Below, one piece after another: positions 35,173 through 44,694 of a DNA stretch of 64,000 nt (its first letter is position 1; each line of letters begins with the position of its first letter). Below the pieces are notes generated by a model. The model did not search any database. It had not been told where the DNA came from and saw only the letters and a program-made list of their open reading frames with translations. Where the stretch lies: assembly GCA_039931685.1 (NCBI GenBank), contig JBDTRK010000003.1, positions 5,990 through 69,989 on the forward strand, given 5' to 3'. The DNA is from Betaproteobacteria bacterium. Its GTDB lineage: Bacteria > Pseudomonadota > Gammaproteobacteria > Burkholderiales > JACQAP01. Both the position numbers and the translations under genes were made by a program.

Positions 35173-35814
35173 GTGGCCACTTTACGCTTGGGCGACATCG
35201 CCCCCGACTTCACCCAGGAATCCACCCAGGGAATCATCAATTTTCATCAGTGGGCCGGCAATAGCTGGATTGTGCTGTTCTCGCATCCGAAAGACTTCAC
35301 GCCAGTTTGCACGACCGAGCTTGGCTACACCGCCAAACTCAAGGCAGAATTCGACAAGCGCGGCGTCAAGGCCATTGCGATAAGCGTGGACCCCCTCGAT
35401 TCGCACCAAAAGTGGATCGGCGACATCGAGGAAACCCAGCACACCAAGATGAATTTTCCGGTCCTTGCCGATGCGGACAAGAAGGTGTCGAACCTCTACG
35501 ACATGATCCACCCCAACGCCAACGACACCCTCACGGTGCGGTCCGTCTTCATCATCGACCCGAACAAGAAAATCCGCACTACTTTCACGTATCCCGCCAG
35601 CACCGGCCGCAATTTCGACGAGATTCTGCGCGTGATCGATTCCCTGCAGCTGACGGACCGTTACAGCGTAGCGACACCGGTAAACTGGAAGGATGGCGAC
35701 GACGTCGTCATCGTGCCGTCGATCCAGGACCCGGAAGTGATCAAGCAGAAATTCCCGAAGGGCTATAAGGCATTGAAGCCCTACCTGCGCATTACACCGC
35801 AACCGAATCGCTGA
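35173..35814 (+). CDS. 1-Cys peroxiredoxin (Prx6-type)
   Basis: LGDIAPDF...WIVLFSHPKDFTPVCTTELG. Confidence 0.9.
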   Translation: MATLRLGDIAPDFTQESTQGIINFHQWAGNSWIVLFSHPKDFTPVCTTELGYTAKLKAEFDKRGVKAIAISVDPLDSHQKWIGDIEETQHTKMNFPVLADADKKVSNLYDMIHPNANDTLTVRSVFIIDPNKKIRTTFTYPASTGRNFDEILRVIDSLQLTDRYSVATPVNWKDGDDVVIVPSIQDPEVIKQKFPKGYKALKPYLRITPQPNR

Positions 35815-35864
35815 ATGAACTGAATTTGGAGGAAGACCATGGCCGGTTTCGACCGGCCGTTTTT

Positions 35865-36053
35865 TTACAGAATGTAGCCCGCGACGAGCAGCAGTCCATA
35901 GCCCGCTATCAACAACCACTCGTGGTACTGGTTGACCAGGCCGAGCACGCTGCCAGCATAGGGAACATGTCCCAGCGGCACGAACATCCCGAGCAACGCA
36001 ACGACGAAAATCACCAGGCAAAGCAAACCGGCCTTGCGACTGGGCGCTTTCAT
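35865..36053 (-). CDS. small two-TM membrane protein
   Basis: 62 aa. The ATG at 36053 is preceded by GGGGGG. Two hydrophobic helices. Confidence 0.4.
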   Translation of the reverse strand: MKAPSRKAGLLCLVIFVVALLGMFVPLGHVPYAGSVLGLVNQYHEWLLIAGYGLLLVAGYIL

Positions 36054-36467
36054 GTCCCCCCCCCTTGTGTCATCCCACCGCATACGGCTCCAGGCTACAC
36101 AGACCGTCAATGCAAAGCGGCGTATTTGCTACGCCGACGGATAGTCCGATCATGCCTGCCTGCCGGCGACGAACGCCGATTCCCCGACCACGCCCGCGAT
36201 CCGGCAAATTCATCCCGTATTTTGAAGCGCTTGGTATCTGGTTTTCAACGGGAAAGAAATTCCTCTCACCCCTCCCGGAATGAGAAGCCAATGTCAGGAA
36301 TTTAACCCGCCTCCCGTCACTTGATCGGCAAGAGCGAACCTATAAATCCTAACCTGGCTGCACCTTCTTCGGTGCAGCTGTTATGTGTGTAACGAGAATC
36401 CCAAAGCTCGCGGCTCAGCGCCTGGTATCCCTCGCGGATGCAGATTGCCCGCGAGCATATGGGAAGC

Positions 36468-36875
36468 TTAGTTAGGCCGGTTGCCAGCTACCGGAAACGG
36501 CCAGGCCGCCGGTGCGGAAACGGGCTTCGGTGCCGCAGGCGCTGCCGCAGCAGCCGCTTTGGCGGCAGGCTTCTTCTTCGAGGCTTTCTTCGCCTTCTTT
36601 TTCGCGGGCTTTTTCGCCGCCTTCTTCGCCTTTTTCTTGGCGGGCTTCTTCGCCTTTTTCTTCGCGGCCTTTTTCTTGGCCGGGCGCTTAGCAGCCTTTT
36701 TTGCGGGCTTCTTTGCAGCCTTCTTCGCCGCTTTCTTCGCGGTCTTCTTCGCGGCCTTCTTCGCCGGCTTCTTCGCTACTTTTTTCGCTACTTTTTTCGC
36801 GACTTTTTTCGCGGGTTTCTTCTTGGCTGCTACTTTCTTAGCGGGCTTCTTTGCTGCTTTTTTCTTTGCTGCCAT
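36468..36875 (-). CDS. histone H1-like Lys/Ala-repeat nucleoid protein
   Basis: 135 aa made of (A/P)AKK(A/V/P) repeats, ending AAWPFPVAGNRPN. The DNA is a degenerate 12-15 nt tandem repeat. Confidence 0.8.
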   Translation of the reverse strand: MAAKKKAAKKPAKKVAAKKKPAKKVAKKVAKKVAKKPAKKAAKKTAKKAAKKAAKKPAKKAAKRPAKKKAAKKKAKKPAKKKAKKAAKKPAKKKAKKASKKKPAAKAAAAAAPAAPKPVSAPAAWPFPVAGNRPN

Positions 36876-37304
36876 TTCTGATTCTCCTAATTGAAGTTGA
36901 ACAAAGGTACTACCGGCACTTCGAAGAAGGATTCTTCTCCATGCCGACTACCAATGCCCGGACGCGCACTATGCGAGCCGCATGTCTGGCCATCAGGCAG
37001 TTCTGTTGGCCGCGCACCAGGTTCACCCGGTACGCGGCGCGATTCTTGAGGAAGCAATACAGGATGGCCGCAGACGACAAAACACTATCGCCGGCCGCTG
37101 ACCAAAAACGAGAGGGAAAGGAAACCTTGGGCCGGGAGTTCACGGCCCCAAGCCTGGCGCCGCGACCTGAAACAGGTCGGCGCGCGTTTCGTGATGAGAA
37201 AAATACAGCTTTGTCCGGTTTGCCCATTCAGCCTGTCAAATGCGCCGCCCCATATAAAGCCTTTGGCGGCGCGGGTTTCGCAGAAAGCTTTTCAGCCCTG
37301 AAGA

Positions 37305-38441
37305 TCAATCCCAATTCAGGGCTCCGCCCGTCTGATACTCGATCACACGGGTCTCGAAGAAATTCTTCTCTTTCTTCAAATCGACCATCTCCGACATCCA
37401 CGGGAAGGGATTATTCGCCCCGGGAAAAAGCGGATCAAGTCCGATTTGCTGCGCGCGGCGATTGGCCACGTAGCGCAGGTATTCCTTGAACATCGGTGCA
37501 TTCAGGCCAAGTACGCCGCGTGGCATGGTGTCCTCGGCGTAGCGGTATTCGAGTTCCACCCCTTTCTGGATCAGGCCGCGAATTTCGTCGCGGAATTCCG
37601 GCGTCCAGAGGTGCGGATTTTCCATCTTGATCTGGTTGATCAGGTCGATGCCAAAATTGCAGTGCATGGACTCGTCGCGCAGGATGTACTGATACTGCTC
37701 GGCGGCCCCCATCATCTTGTTCTGGCGGCCGAGCGCGAGGATCTGGGCGAAACCGACGTAGAAGAACAGCCCTTCCATGATGCAGGCGAAGACGATCAGG
37801 CTCTTCAGAAGCTGCTGGTCGGTTTCGGGCGTGCCGGTCTTGAATTCCGGGTTGGTCAGAGTCTCGATGAACGGGATCAGGAATTCGTCCTTCTCCCGAA
37901 TGCTGGAAACCTCGTGGTAGGCGTTGAAGATCTCGCCCTCATCCAGGCCCAGGCTCTCGACGATATACTGGTACGCGTGGGTGTGGATGGCCTCTTCGAA
38001 GGCCTGGCGCAACAGGTATTGGCGGCACTCGGGCGCGGTGATGTGCCGGTAGGTACCGAGAACGATATTGTTGGCGGCGAGGCTGTCGGCGGTCACGAAA
38101 AAACCGAGGTTGCGCTTGACCACCAGGCGCTCGTCATCGGTCAGACCGTTCGGGTCTTTCCACGTGGCGATGTCCCGGCTCATGTTGATTTCCTGGGGCA
38201 TCCAGTGGTTGGCGCAGCCGGAAAGGTATTTGTCCCAGGCCCATTTGTACTTGAACGGCACCAGCTGGTTGACGTCGGCCTTGCCGTTGATGATGCGCTT
38301 GTCTTCGACGCGCACGCGACGCGCCACGGCGTCGGCAGACGCGGCATTGCCGGCGGCAGGCATGCGCGCCGGCGGAATATTCACGACGGGCTGCAGTGCG
38401 GGGCCGCCGATGCTCGGAATGTAATCTTCAAATTGCAACAT
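37305..38441 (-). CDS. nrdB: ribonucleoside-diphosphate reductase subunit beta
   Basis: Class Ia R2 motifs ([33 protein letters not shown]). Confidence 0.95.
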   Translation of the reverse strand: MLQFEDYIPSIGGPALQPVVNIPPARMPAAGNAASADAVARRVRVEDKRIINGKADVNQLVPFKYKWAWDKYLSGCANHWMPQEINMSRDIATWKDPNGLTDDERLVVKRNLGFFVTADSLAANNIVLGTYRHITAPECRQYLLRQAFEEAIHTHAYQYIVESLGLDEGEIFNAYHEVSSIREKDEFLIPFIETLTNPEFKTGTPETDQQLLKSLIVFACIMEGLFFYVGFAQILALGRQNKMMGAAEQYQYILRDESMHCNFGIDLINQIKMENPHLWTPEFRDEIRGLIQKGVELEYRYAEDTMPRGVLGLNAPMFKEYLRYVANRRAQQIGLDPLFPGANNPFPWMSEMVDLKKEKNFFETRVIEYQTGGALNWD

Positions 38442-38798
38442 CGATGGTTCCTTTATAAATGTTATCGGTGGAATGTCAAATACTTCTTTGATATTCGGTC
38501 GCAATGCGACCCCTTTTTATTCCGTTGTCGCGATGAAGGATGCATGCGTCCGCTCATCGCATCAAAAAAGTCTCAACTCCTCCTTAGCGACCACGCCACG
38601 ACGGCGGGCCGCGCGATTTCTTCACGCGTGCGGCGTAACCAGAACGTCAGACGCCGCCTCGCGGCCGCATTGACCTGGCGCGCCGCCCTCATTTTTGACA
38701 AGCCTCGCATTCCGGATTGTGACCCCGGCCGCGCTTCACACTTAACTTGGCCCCGGTCAAGTTAGCCTCCACCGCAAGCAAGAGCGCCGGCTTACCCA

Positions 38799-41669
38799 TT
38801 ACTGGCAAGCCTCGCATTCTGGATTGTCAATGCTGCAGAACTTGGCTTCCTCGTCTATCGCCTCGGCCGCGCCCATTCCGGCAACACCGCCGCCCGTGGG
38901 CACGGCGTTCAACTGTCCGCCACGCACGGTCGATTTTTCGGTCGACGTGGCGCCCAGCGTACGCAGGTAATAGGTAGTCTTGAGACCGCTCTTCCAGGCC
39001 AGCTTGTAGGTGTCGTCCAGCTTTTTGCCGGAAGCACCCGCCATATATATGTTGAGCGACTGGGCCTGATCGATCCATTTCTGGCGCCGTGATCCGGCCT
39101 CTACAACCCAGGCCGGGTCAACCTCGAAGGCGGTGGCATAAAGACTGCGGATATCCTGCGGAATGCGGTCGATCTTGGCCAGAGTGCCGTCGAAGTACTT
39201 GAGGTCGGCAATCATGACTTCGTCCCACATGCCGAGCTTCTTGAGGTCGCGGACCAGGTACTCGTTGGTCACCGTAAACTCGCCCGACAGGTTGGATTTC
39301 ACGTACAGATTCTGGTAAGTCGGTTCGATCGATGCCGAGACACCGACGATATTGGCGATGGTCGCCGTCGGCGCGATTGCCAGGCAGTTGGAATTGCGCA
39401 TGCCGAACTGACGGATGCGGGCACGCAGCGGCTCCCAATTCAGCGCCGACGACCCGTCGACCTCGACGTACCCGCCGCGCTGCTCGATCAAGAGCCGGAT
39501 CGAATCCTGCGGCAAGACGCCCTTCGACCACAGCGACCCATCATAGGTGGAGTAGCGTCCACGCTCTTCGGCAAGCTCGGTCGATGCCCAGTACGCGTTG
39601 TACGCCACCGCTTCCATCGAACGGTCGGCGAACTCCATAGCCTCTTTGGAACCGTAGGCGACGCGCATCTCGTGCAGGCAATCCTGGAATCCCATGATGC
39701 CAAGGCCGACCGGACGGTGCTTGAAATTAGCGTTGCGCGCCTTGTTCACCGCGTAATAGTTGATGTCGATCACGTTGTCGAGCATGCGCATGGCAGTCGA
39801 CACTGTGTTCTTGAGCTTTTCCTGGTCGAGTTTGCCGTCTTTGATGTGGGCGACCAGGTTGACGGAACCCAGGTTGCACACGGCAATCTCGCTCTCCGAG
39901 GTATTGAGCGTGATCTCGGTGCAAAGGTTGGAACTGTGCACCATGCCGACATGCTGCTGCGGGCTGCGGATGTTGCAGGGATCCTTGAAGGTGATCCATG
40001 GATGACCGGTCTCGAACAGCATGGTCAGCATCTTGCGCCAGATGGTCAGGGCCGGAATGCGCTTGAACAGCTTCAGCTCGCCAGTCGTGGTACGGCGCTC
40101 GTACTCGACGTAGGCGGCCTCGAATTCCTTGCCGACCTTGTCGTGCAGGTCTGGGGCGTCGGCCGGCGAGAACAGGGTCCACTCCCCGGCCTCCATGACC
40201 CGTTTCATGAACAGGTCCGGGATCCAGTTTGCGGTGTTCATGTCGTGCGTGCGGCGACGATCATCCCCGGTGTTCTTGCGCAGCTCGAGGAACTCTTCGA
40301 TGTCCAGGTGCCAGGTTTCCAGATAGGAGCAGACCGCACCCTTGCGCTTGCCGCCCTGGTTCACCGCCACGGCCGTGTCGTTCACCACCTTGAGGAAGGG
40401 AACCACGCCTTGCGACTTGCCATTCGTCCCCTTTATATGGGAACCGAGCGCGCGCACCGGCGTCCAGTCGTTGCCGAGTCCGCCGGCAAATTTGGACAAC
40501 AGCGCGTTTTCCTTGATGGCGTCGTAAATGCCCTCCAGATCGTCCGATACGGTGGTCAGGTAGCAGCTCGACAGCTGCGAGCGCTGGGTGCCGGAATTGA
40601 ACAGCGTCGGCGTCGAGGACATGAAGTCGAAGCTCGACAACACATTATAGAACTCGATGGCCCGGGCTTCGCGCTCGACTTCGTTGATGGACAGCCCCAT
40701 CGCCACCCGCATGAAAAAGGCCTGGGGAAGCTCAATGCGGCGGTCGCTCACATGCAGGAAATAGCGGTCGTAAAGCGTCTGCAGCCCCAGGTAACCGAAC
40801 TTGAAATCGCGGCGGGCATCCAGTGCCGCGCCCAGCGACCGCAGGTCGAACCGGCTCAGGCGCTCGTCCAGCAAACCGGCTTCAATGCCGTGCTTTATGA
40901 AATTCGGGAAATACTCGGCATAACGGGTATGCATGCCGGCCTGGGTGACTTCCTCGCCGAGGACTTCGAATCGCACGCTATTTAATAGCAGGCGCGCGGT
41001 GACATAGCTGTACGCCGGGTCTTTCTCGATCAGGGAACGCGCGGCCAGGATGGTGCACTTGCGCACTTCGTCCATGGGCACGCCGTCATACAGATCCTTC
41101 AGCGTCATTTGCAGAATCAGGCCGACGTCGACCGTGCGGCCCAAGCCTTCGCACGAATCCTTGATCAGCGCGGTCAAGCGCTCCATTTCGAGCGGGCGGG
41201 TCTGCCCGCTTTCGATGACGTTGATGCTCGGGATGGAACTCGCCGCGGCATGCGCCTCGCGATTCCTGGCGCGCTCGCGCGCCCGCTCCTCCCGGTACAA
41301 CACGTAGGCCCGCGCCACTTCGTGCTCGCCGGAGCGCATCAGCGAAAGCTCGACCTGGTCCTGGATGTCTTCGATGTGGAAGGTTCCGCCATTGGGCTGG
41401 CGGCGCATGAGCGCGCTGATGACGGCCACCGTCAATTTCTCGACCATTTCACGCACTCGTGCGGAGGCCGCACCCTGGCCGCCATTGATTGCCAGAAACG
41501 CCTTGGTGACTGCCACGGCGATCTTACCCGGCTCGAAAGAGACCACAGCACCGTTGCGCCGGATGACCTTGTACTGGGCGTAGCGTTGCTTTTCCTGGCT
41601 GGCGACGTCGGATTCTGCAGGGTAGCTGCCGGCCGAAACAGGTGTGGTCAGATTGGTGCCTAGTTGCAT
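38799..41669 (-). CDS. nrdA: ribonucleoside-diphosphate reductase subunit alpha
   Basis: ATP-cone N-terminus, a class I catalytic core (SNLCTEI) and a C-terminal CEAC tail. GGGAGAAAAA lies upstream of the ATG at 41669. Confidence 0.95.
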   Translation of the reverse strand: MQLGTNLTTPVSAGSYPAESDVASQEKQRYAQYKVIRRNGAVVSFEPGKIAVAVTKAFLAINGGQGAASARVREMVEKLTVAVISALMRRQPNGGTFHIEDIQDQVELSLMRSGEHEVARAYVLYREERARERARNREAHAAASSIPSINVIESGQTRPLEMERLTALIKDSCEGLGRTVDVGLILQMTLKDLYDGVPMDEVRKCTILAARSLIEKDPAYSYVTARLLLNSVRFEVLGEEVTQAGMHTRYAEYFPNFIKHGIEAGLLDERLSRFDLRSLGAALDARRDFKFGYLGLQTLYDRYFLHVSDRRIELPQAFFMRVAMGLSINEVEREARAIEFYNVLSSFDFMSSTPTLFNSGTQRSQLSSCYLTTVSDDLEGIYDAIKENALLSKFAGGLGNDWTPVRALGSHIKGTNGKSQGVVPFLKVVNDTAVAVNQGGKRKGAVCSYLETWHLDIEEFLELRKNTGDDRRRTHDMNTANWIPDLFMKRVMEAGEWTLFSPADAPDLHDKVGKEFEAAYVEYERRTTTGELKLFKRIPALTIWRKMLTMLFETGHPWITFKDPCNIRSPQQHVGMVHSSNLCTEITLNTSESEIAVCNLGSVNLVAHIKDGKLDQEKLKNTVSTAMRMLDNVIDINYYAVNKARNANFKHRPVGLGIMGFQDCLHEMRVAYGSKEAMEFADRSMEAVAYNAYWASTELAEERGRYSTYDGSLWSKGVLPQDSIRLLIEQRGGYVEVDGSSALNWEPLRARIRQFGMRNSNCLAIAPTATIANIVGVSASIEPTYQNLYVKSNLSGEFTVTNEYLVRDLKKLGMWDEVMIADLKYFDGTLAKIDRIPQDIRSLYATAFEVDPAWVVEAGSRRQKWIDQAQSLNIYMAGASGKKLDDTYKLAWKSGLKTTYYLRTLGATSTEKSTVRGGQLNAVPTGGGVAGMGAAEAIDEEAKFCSIDNPECEACQ

Positions 41670-41740
41670 TTTTTCTCCCTCGAATTTTCTTGTCGCTTGC
41701 AAGCAACAGCCGACGCCGGACAGGCAGGCAATCTACAAAA

Positions 41741-41756
41741 CCACTATATATTGTGT
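41741..41756 (-). promoter_or_regulatory. NrdR box
   Basis: The minus strand reads acacaatatatagtgg, close to the 16-bp NrdR palindrome acaCaAtATaTtGtgt. It lies 72 nt upstream of the nrdA start. Confidence 0.5.
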
Positions 41757-41778
41757 CTACACTGCTAAGTAATGACTA

Positions 41779-41806
41779 ATTCTAGTAGTCTCACCAACCC
41801 TGTCAA
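41779..41806 (-). promoter_or_regulatory. sigma-70-type promoter of nrdAB
   Basis: The minus strand reads TTGACA-N16-TAGAAT. Confidence 0.45.
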
Positions 41807-41989
41807 GAAATTTTTATATTTGGAAATCAAAATGCTCGGTCGCACTTCTGCAAAGTACGATGAGGCGAAACGCAGCGCCGCGGCGATCCGATTGAGTACG
41901 TGTGCCCGCCTGCGCGGCCATTCACTGCGACGAACGGCAGGCGTCCGCGCGGCGCGCGCAAAGTGCGCGACGGTTTCCACCTGCGCAAG

Positions 41990-42402
41990 TCAGATGTCCA
42001 CCGCGTCGCATACGGACTTCAAGTAGCCGCCCGCGATGACGGCGGCGACTACGGCACCGTCGCGGCAAAACTCCGCCAGCCTGCAGTCGCGCCCGCTCGG
42101 ATCTGCCTTCCACGGTGCGTGGCCGGGCAGAAAACACGGGTTGCAGCTTTGCAACCAATGGCACGTGGCGGACGCCTGGTTCCGTTGCATGGTGGCAACC
42201 CGCGTCGCCAGCGCCGCACGGCGGCCTCGACGTCAAAATCGCTCGATTCCTTGTGAAAGGGAAAAGTGAATGGCATCGGATCGTCAGCCGGGATCGATGC
42301 GTTGCCGACGCTCCGATGGGCGCCGATATCCGGGATTGCGGCGCGTGAGCTCAGGCCATGCTCCCGCGTCGCCAGCACGGCGATGACGCCGTCGCTGAAC
42401 AT
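41990..42402 (-). pseudogene. unknown-function gene, apparently frameshifted (or two short overlapping ORFs)
   Basis: AGGAGG lies 6 nt upstream of the ATG at 42402. High third-position GC holds in one frame to about 42210, then switches to a second frame that ends at 41990. Confidence 0.35.
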
Positions 42403-42674
42403 GCAACCCTCCTGCCGCAATCGCGCAATGCGTGATCGCCCCCGCCGCAACGTTTACGTCAATGCGGTCGCCCTACCCCATGTAAATCATCTGCCGGCGC
42501 GGAAGTGAGTGCTTCGACTTTGGAAATCAACGGCCTTCCGGCAGCGGCAAGGAGAAGCGCTCGCCTTAGAAGACTTACCCGGCGGGAAGCGTGAAACTAC
42601 CTGACGAAGGCATGAAGGGTCGAAGCACCGGCAGGCTTGTGTCGCCTGTATTCTTTTCCCTTTCACGCCTTCAC

Positions 42675-43253
42675 TCATGGATCCATTCGCGCTTTTCTCA
42701 TCAGCGCCCGCAAGCGCACCCAGTCGAAATGCGGTCCCGGATCGGTCTTGCGTCCTGGCGGCATGGCGATGTCGGAATGCCCGACGCAGTCCTGGATCGG
42801 ATACTTGGCCAGGAGCGGGATTGCCAACGCTGCAAGGGTCGCGTACTGCTGGTCGGCGAAAGGCTGATCATCGGCACCCTCGAGTTCGACACCGATGGAA
42901 AAGTCGTTGCAGCGACCGCGGCCACGCCATGTCGACTGCCCGGCATGCCAGGCCCGCAGGGTGCATGGCACGAACTGGATGAGTGAGCCGTCCCGACGGA
43001 TGAGGAAGTGGCTGGAAACCCGGAAATCGGCGATCTGCCGATAGTAAGGATGTGCATTCGGGTCAAGTCGGTTGGTAAACAGATCGACGATGCCGGGACC
43101 GCCGAACTGACCCGGCGGCAGGCTTATATTGTGGACAACCAGCAGATCGACGGCGCTACCGGCCGGTCGTTCGTCGAAATTCGGGGACGCAATAAAGTGC
43201 GCGGCGGAAAGCAGCCCTGCGTCGTCCAGGTGCCACATAGCATCGCCCGTCAT
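42675..43253 (-). CDS. ampD: 1,6-anhydro-N-acetylmuramyl-L-alanine amidase
   Basis: SPNFDERP...LLVVHNISLPPGQFGG...SSHFLIRRDG...RAWHAG...CNDFSIGVELEG...GHSDIAPGRKTDPGP parallels E. coli AmpD. The start is approximate. Confidence 0.85.
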   Translation of the reverse strand: MTGDAMWHLDDAGLLSAAHFIASPNFDERPAGSAVDLLVVHNISLPPGQFGGPGIVDLFTNRLDPNAHPYYRQIADFRVSSHFLIRRDGSLIQFVPCTLRAWHAGQSTWRGRGRCNDFSIGVELEGADDQPFADQQYATLAALAIPLLAKYPIQDCVGHSDIAMPPGRKTDPGPHFDWVRLRALMRKARMDP

Positions 43254-43329
43254 GAGATGGCGGCGGGACTGAAGGCGCGACATCGACAATACCTCCTCGG
43301 CCCCGCGCTCCTCGCCCGTCGCCCGTACA

Positions 43330-44694
43330 TCAATTCAGCCCCAGCCGCTCCATTCGGTAGCGCATCGACCGAAACGTGATGCCGAGCAACTTCGCCGCTG
43401 CGGTGCGGTTGTAACGGGTTTTCTCGAGCGCCTCCAGGATCGCCTCTTTCTCGATGCGATCGAGATAGTCCTGCAGAGGCGCCTTGCTGTCTGCGCCGAC
43501 GGCCACCGTCTGGCCGGGCAAGTCCTCGGGCGTCAACTGCAGATCTTCCGCCGTGACCTTGCCGTCGCTGCACAATGCCATCGCCCGTTCCAGGACATTC
43601 TCCAGTTCGCGCACGTTTCCCGGAAAATCATAGCGCTTGAGTTCCTCGAGTGCCTCGGGCGCGACCTCGGGTTTTCGCGTCCCGGCGTTGCGCGCCAGTT
43701 TGTCGAGCAAGGCGACGACGAACTGGGGAATATCCTCGCGCATCTCGCGCAGCGCCGGCATGCGCAGTTCAATCACGTTCAGCCGGTAGTACAGGTCGTG
43801 GCGAAACTTGCCGGCCTCGACACACTCGCCGAGTTTCTGGTGAGTGGCGCTGATGATTCGCACATCGACCGGGTCTTCCTGGGTCGCACCAACCTTGCGC
43901 ACCTTTTTTTCCTGAATTGCACGCAGCAGCTTGACCTGCATCGGCAAGGGCAAGTCCGCCACCTCGTCGAGGAAGAGCGTGCCGCCGTGGGCCGCCTGAA
44001 AAAAACCGTCCCGATCGCTGTCCGCGCCAGTAAATGCGCCCTTGCGATAACCGAAGAACTCGGACTCCATCAGATTTTCCGGGATGGCCCCGCAATTGAC
44101 CGGAACAAAGGGCTGGGTACGGCGCGCGCCCTTCTGGTGAATGAGCCGGGCCGCCAGCTCCTTGCCGCTACCGGACTCGCCGGTTACGTGCACGGGCGCC
44201 TCGCTGCGCGCGAGCTTTTCGATGAGTTCGCGCACCTGCTGGATGACCGCGGAATCTCCCAGCATCGACTGCTCGCCCGCGACCTTTGCGGCGGCAACCT
44301 GCGGCAGCGACAGGGCGGACTTGACCAGCGTACGCAGTTGCTCAAGCGAAACCGGCTTGGCCAGATAGTCAAATGCACCGGCTTTCAACGCGGCCACGGC
44401 ATTTTCGGTATTGCCGTGCGCGGTAATCACCGCAACCGGCAGATCCGACAGATTGGACGAGATGTACTGCACCAATTCGAGACCTTCACCGTCGGGCAGG
44501 CGCATATCGGTCAGGCACAGGTCGTAGTCGCCAGACTTGACCTTCTCGATCGCACCCTTGACAGTCGTCGCGCGATCGACATCCAGTCCCATGCGCAGCA
44601 GGGTGAGTTCGATGAGTTCGAGGATATCCTCCTCGTCGTCGACGACAAGCACCGAACGCGTTGTCGATCCTGCCGCCTGATCTTTGCGTTTCAC
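43330..44694 (-). CDS. pilR: sigma-54-dependent response regulator
   Basis: REC domain (VLVVDDEEDI...DLCLTDMRLPDG), AAA+ GAFTGA/ESELFGH-type region and a Fis HTH. Close to P. aeruginosa PilR throughout. GTGA overlap with the kinase stop (alternative ATG at 44712). Confidence 0.8.
   Translation of the reverse strand: MKRKDQAAGSTTRSVLVVDDEEDILELIELTLLRMGLDVDRATTVKGAIEKVKSGDYDLCLTDMRLPDGEGLELVQYISSNLSDLPVAVITAHGNTENAVAALKAGAFDYLAKPVSLEQLRTLVKSALSLPQVAAAKVAGEQSMLGDSAVIQQVRELIEKLARSEAPVHVTGESGSGKELAARLIHQKGARRTQPFVPVNCGAIPENLMESEFFGYRKGAFTGADSDRDGFFQAAHGGTLFLDEVADLPLPMQVKLLRAIQEKKVRKVGATQEDPVDVRIISATHQKLGECVEAGKFRHDLYYRLNVIELRMPALREMREDIPQFVVALLDKLARNAGTRKPEVAPEALEELKRYDFPGNVRELENVLERAMALCSDGKVTAEDLQLTPEDLPGQTVAVGADSKAPLQDYLDRIEKEAILEALEKTRYNRTAAAKLLGITFRSMRYRMERLGLN

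Noticed and set aside
36468-36875. Tandem short repeats that could be mistaken for a CRISPR or VNTR array.
   Set aside because: There is no repeat-spacer organisation. The periodicity is 12-15 nt, in frame, and fully explained by the coding repeat of the H1-like protein.
36438-36894. Two plus-strand ORFs rich in F/A/G/L repeats that overlap the H1-like gene.
   Set aside because: They are the complementary-strand frames of the AAG/GCC-type repeat. Only the minus-strand frame gives a known protein type (Lys/Ala H1-like) with a plausible start and stop.
41990-42190. Resemblance of ...CHWLQSCNPCFLPGHAPWKADPSGRDCRLAEFCRDG... to the N-terminus of DNA-3-methyladenine glycosylase I (C-x-W ... H-x-x-W ... 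C-x-E-G spacing).
   Set aside because: Only a handful of positions coincide. The segment is at the C-terminal end of the ORF rather than the N-terminus, and the rest of Tag is absent. I treat the match as chance.
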